Sequence record: NC_048046.1
DNA length: 64,000 bases
Direction: 5' to 3' (one strand)
The notes beneath the pieces were generated by a model. That model saw only the letters and a program-made list of their open reading frames with translations. It was not told where the DNA came from and did not search any database. Made by a program: the position numbers and the translations under genes. Shown in pieces: positions 62,886 to 64,000 of the stretch (positions within the stretch are counted from its first letter, which is position 1; the number at the start of each line of letters is the position of its first letter).

Positions 62886-62970
62886 CGGGGAACGAACTCA
62901 TTGCCAGGAAAACTGACATCTTAGTAGCCAGGAATCCTGGCGCCGGTCAACGTAGTTAATGCGGTGAAGC

Positions 62971-63345
62971 TTAATTTTCCAGGGGTGTGAATACGTCGCA
63001 GTCGACGGAGGGGGCGCGACGCCATCCACCGTAGATCGGCTTGCCCCACATCTTGGCCCAGGCGATCTCACGGCGAGTGCTGAATCCGATGTAGTGCTGG
63101 AAGGCGCTAACCTCGCTTTCGTGCAGCGTGAGTCCGTCGCCGCCGACGATCAGGATCGCGTCGCTCTCCACGATCTTCCGGAAATGGACGAGATCGAGCA
63201 TAATCTTGTCCTCCTCGGTCATGTCGTCTTCGTGGTGCCCGAAGCTGGCGACCGAGTAGACGATATGCCCGGCCTTCGAGAGGACACGGTTGGCGTGGGT
63301 GAAGGCGTCACGATACTTGGTCGAGCCGCAGAGGGTGATCTTCAT
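62971..63345 (-). CDS. Nucleoside 2-deoxyribosyltransferase-like protein
   Basis: ITLCGS, HFRKIVESDAI, YIGFSTRREI pattern. Confidence 0.6.
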   Translation of the reverse strand: MKITLCGSTKYRDAFTHANRVLSKAGHIVYSVASFGHHEDDMTEEDKIMLDLVHFRKIVESDAILIVGGDGLTLHESEVSAFQHYIGFSTRREIAWAKMWGKPIYGGWRRAPSVDCDVFTPLEN

Positions 63346-63348
63346 GGG

Positions 63349-63555
63349 TTATTCCTTCCAGAGGCGGTCGACGAAGGCGCAAAGCGCGGTTTCGGCGCGG
63401 TCCTCGGCATCGATCAGGTCTTGAGGCTCGCACCACTGACCATCACCCGGCGGCCCGCCATTCGTCGCGTTCACGACGGTCTGGCGGTAGCGCTTCAATA
63501 GGCGGATGAAATCCGCCAGTTGAGCCGATTGGGCATCACTGGCCGTGCCCATCAC
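63349..63555 (-). CDS. Hypothetical protein
   Basis: 68 aa, overlaps the upstream stop. Confidence 0.6.
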   Translation of the reverse strand: MMGTASDAQSAQLADFIRLLKRYRQTVVNATNGGPPGDGQWCEPQDLIDAEDRAETALCAFVDRLWKE

Positions 63556-64000
63556 AGTCGCTCGTTCGGGACGAACTTACGGAATTGGGCGAAGCCGCTG
63601 AAGTTGCCCTGGACGTAGTCCGGATCGCTCATCAGCAGCGGCCGAGCCTGATGTTCCAGCGGCGAAGCGTGCTTCGGATCGGCGCCGGCGAGGCGCAGAT
63701 AGAGGTTCAGGTCGGTCTCGATCTCGGGGCGGGCTCCGTCGTGCTTCGAATACGAGACACGGCAGCAGCGGGCAGTCGAGATCGCCAGGAGCAAGGCGTT
63801 GCGAGCCGAGATCGCGTGATGGCCTTCCAGACCCTTGAGGCCCATCAGATCGTAGATCACCTTCGGGACCACCTCGCCCGGTAGAGCGCGTTGGCGAGCG
63901 ATGTTGTCGGCGTCGACGACATCCTGCTGGGTGATGTAGGGCAGGTGCCATTCGCCGTGCTTGAGCACCTTCGGCGTCGCCGCCTCTCGGGCCTCCAGCA
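63552..64000 (-). CDS. ThyX-like protein, C-terminal part (runs off the window)
   Basis: WHLPY, STARCCRVSY, HASPLEHQA motifs seen in phage ThyX-like proteins. Confidence 0.6.
   Translation of the reverse strand, partial: LEAREAATPKVLKHGEWHLPYITQQDVVDADNIARQRALPGEVVPKVIYDLMGLKGLEGHHAISARNALLLAISTARCCRVSYSKHDGARPEIETDLNLYLRLAGADPKHASPLEHQARPLLMSDPDYVQGNFSGFAQFRKFVPNERL

Noticed and set aside
1-64000. Integrase, transposase, rRNA or tmRNA
   Set aside because: No supporting motifs seen; the intein is the only mobile element supported.

Overview
Late, structural and accessory region of a large GC-rich tailed phage genome. Gene content and order (tail tube, tape measure, DUF2460, DUF2163, NlpC/P60, two tail-tip proteins, PhoH, many tRNAs) resemble phiCbK-like Caulobacter siphophages; this is inferred without a database search. 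Layout: 1-2.1 kb has three paralogous putative virion proteins. 2.8-15 kb has about 35 tRNA or tRNA-like genes, many structurally atypical, mixed with accessory genes (Kdo-hydroxylase-like, two FkbM methyltransferases, metallophosphoesterase, peptide deformylase). 15.3-44.4 kb is the neck/tail module. 44.4-49 kb is a six-gene glycosyl/methyltransferase cassette. 49-52 kb has an alphaCTD-class II aaRS-like fusion and the lysis cassette. 52.2-52.5 kb is an unexplained structured element. 52.6-55.3 kb (minus strand) has a Ro60/TROVE gene preceded by a tandem array of eight Y-RNA-like units that share a covarying core; six carry different permuted or truncated tRNA-like modules. 55.4-64 kb (minus strand) has an HTH regulator, dUTPase, NrdB-glutaredoxin fusion, intein-containing NrdA and a partial ThyX-like gene. 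The strongest candidate for an undescribed system is the Ro60 plus Y-RNA/tRNA-mimic array. All RNA structures were folded by eye and all protein calls come from motif recognition.
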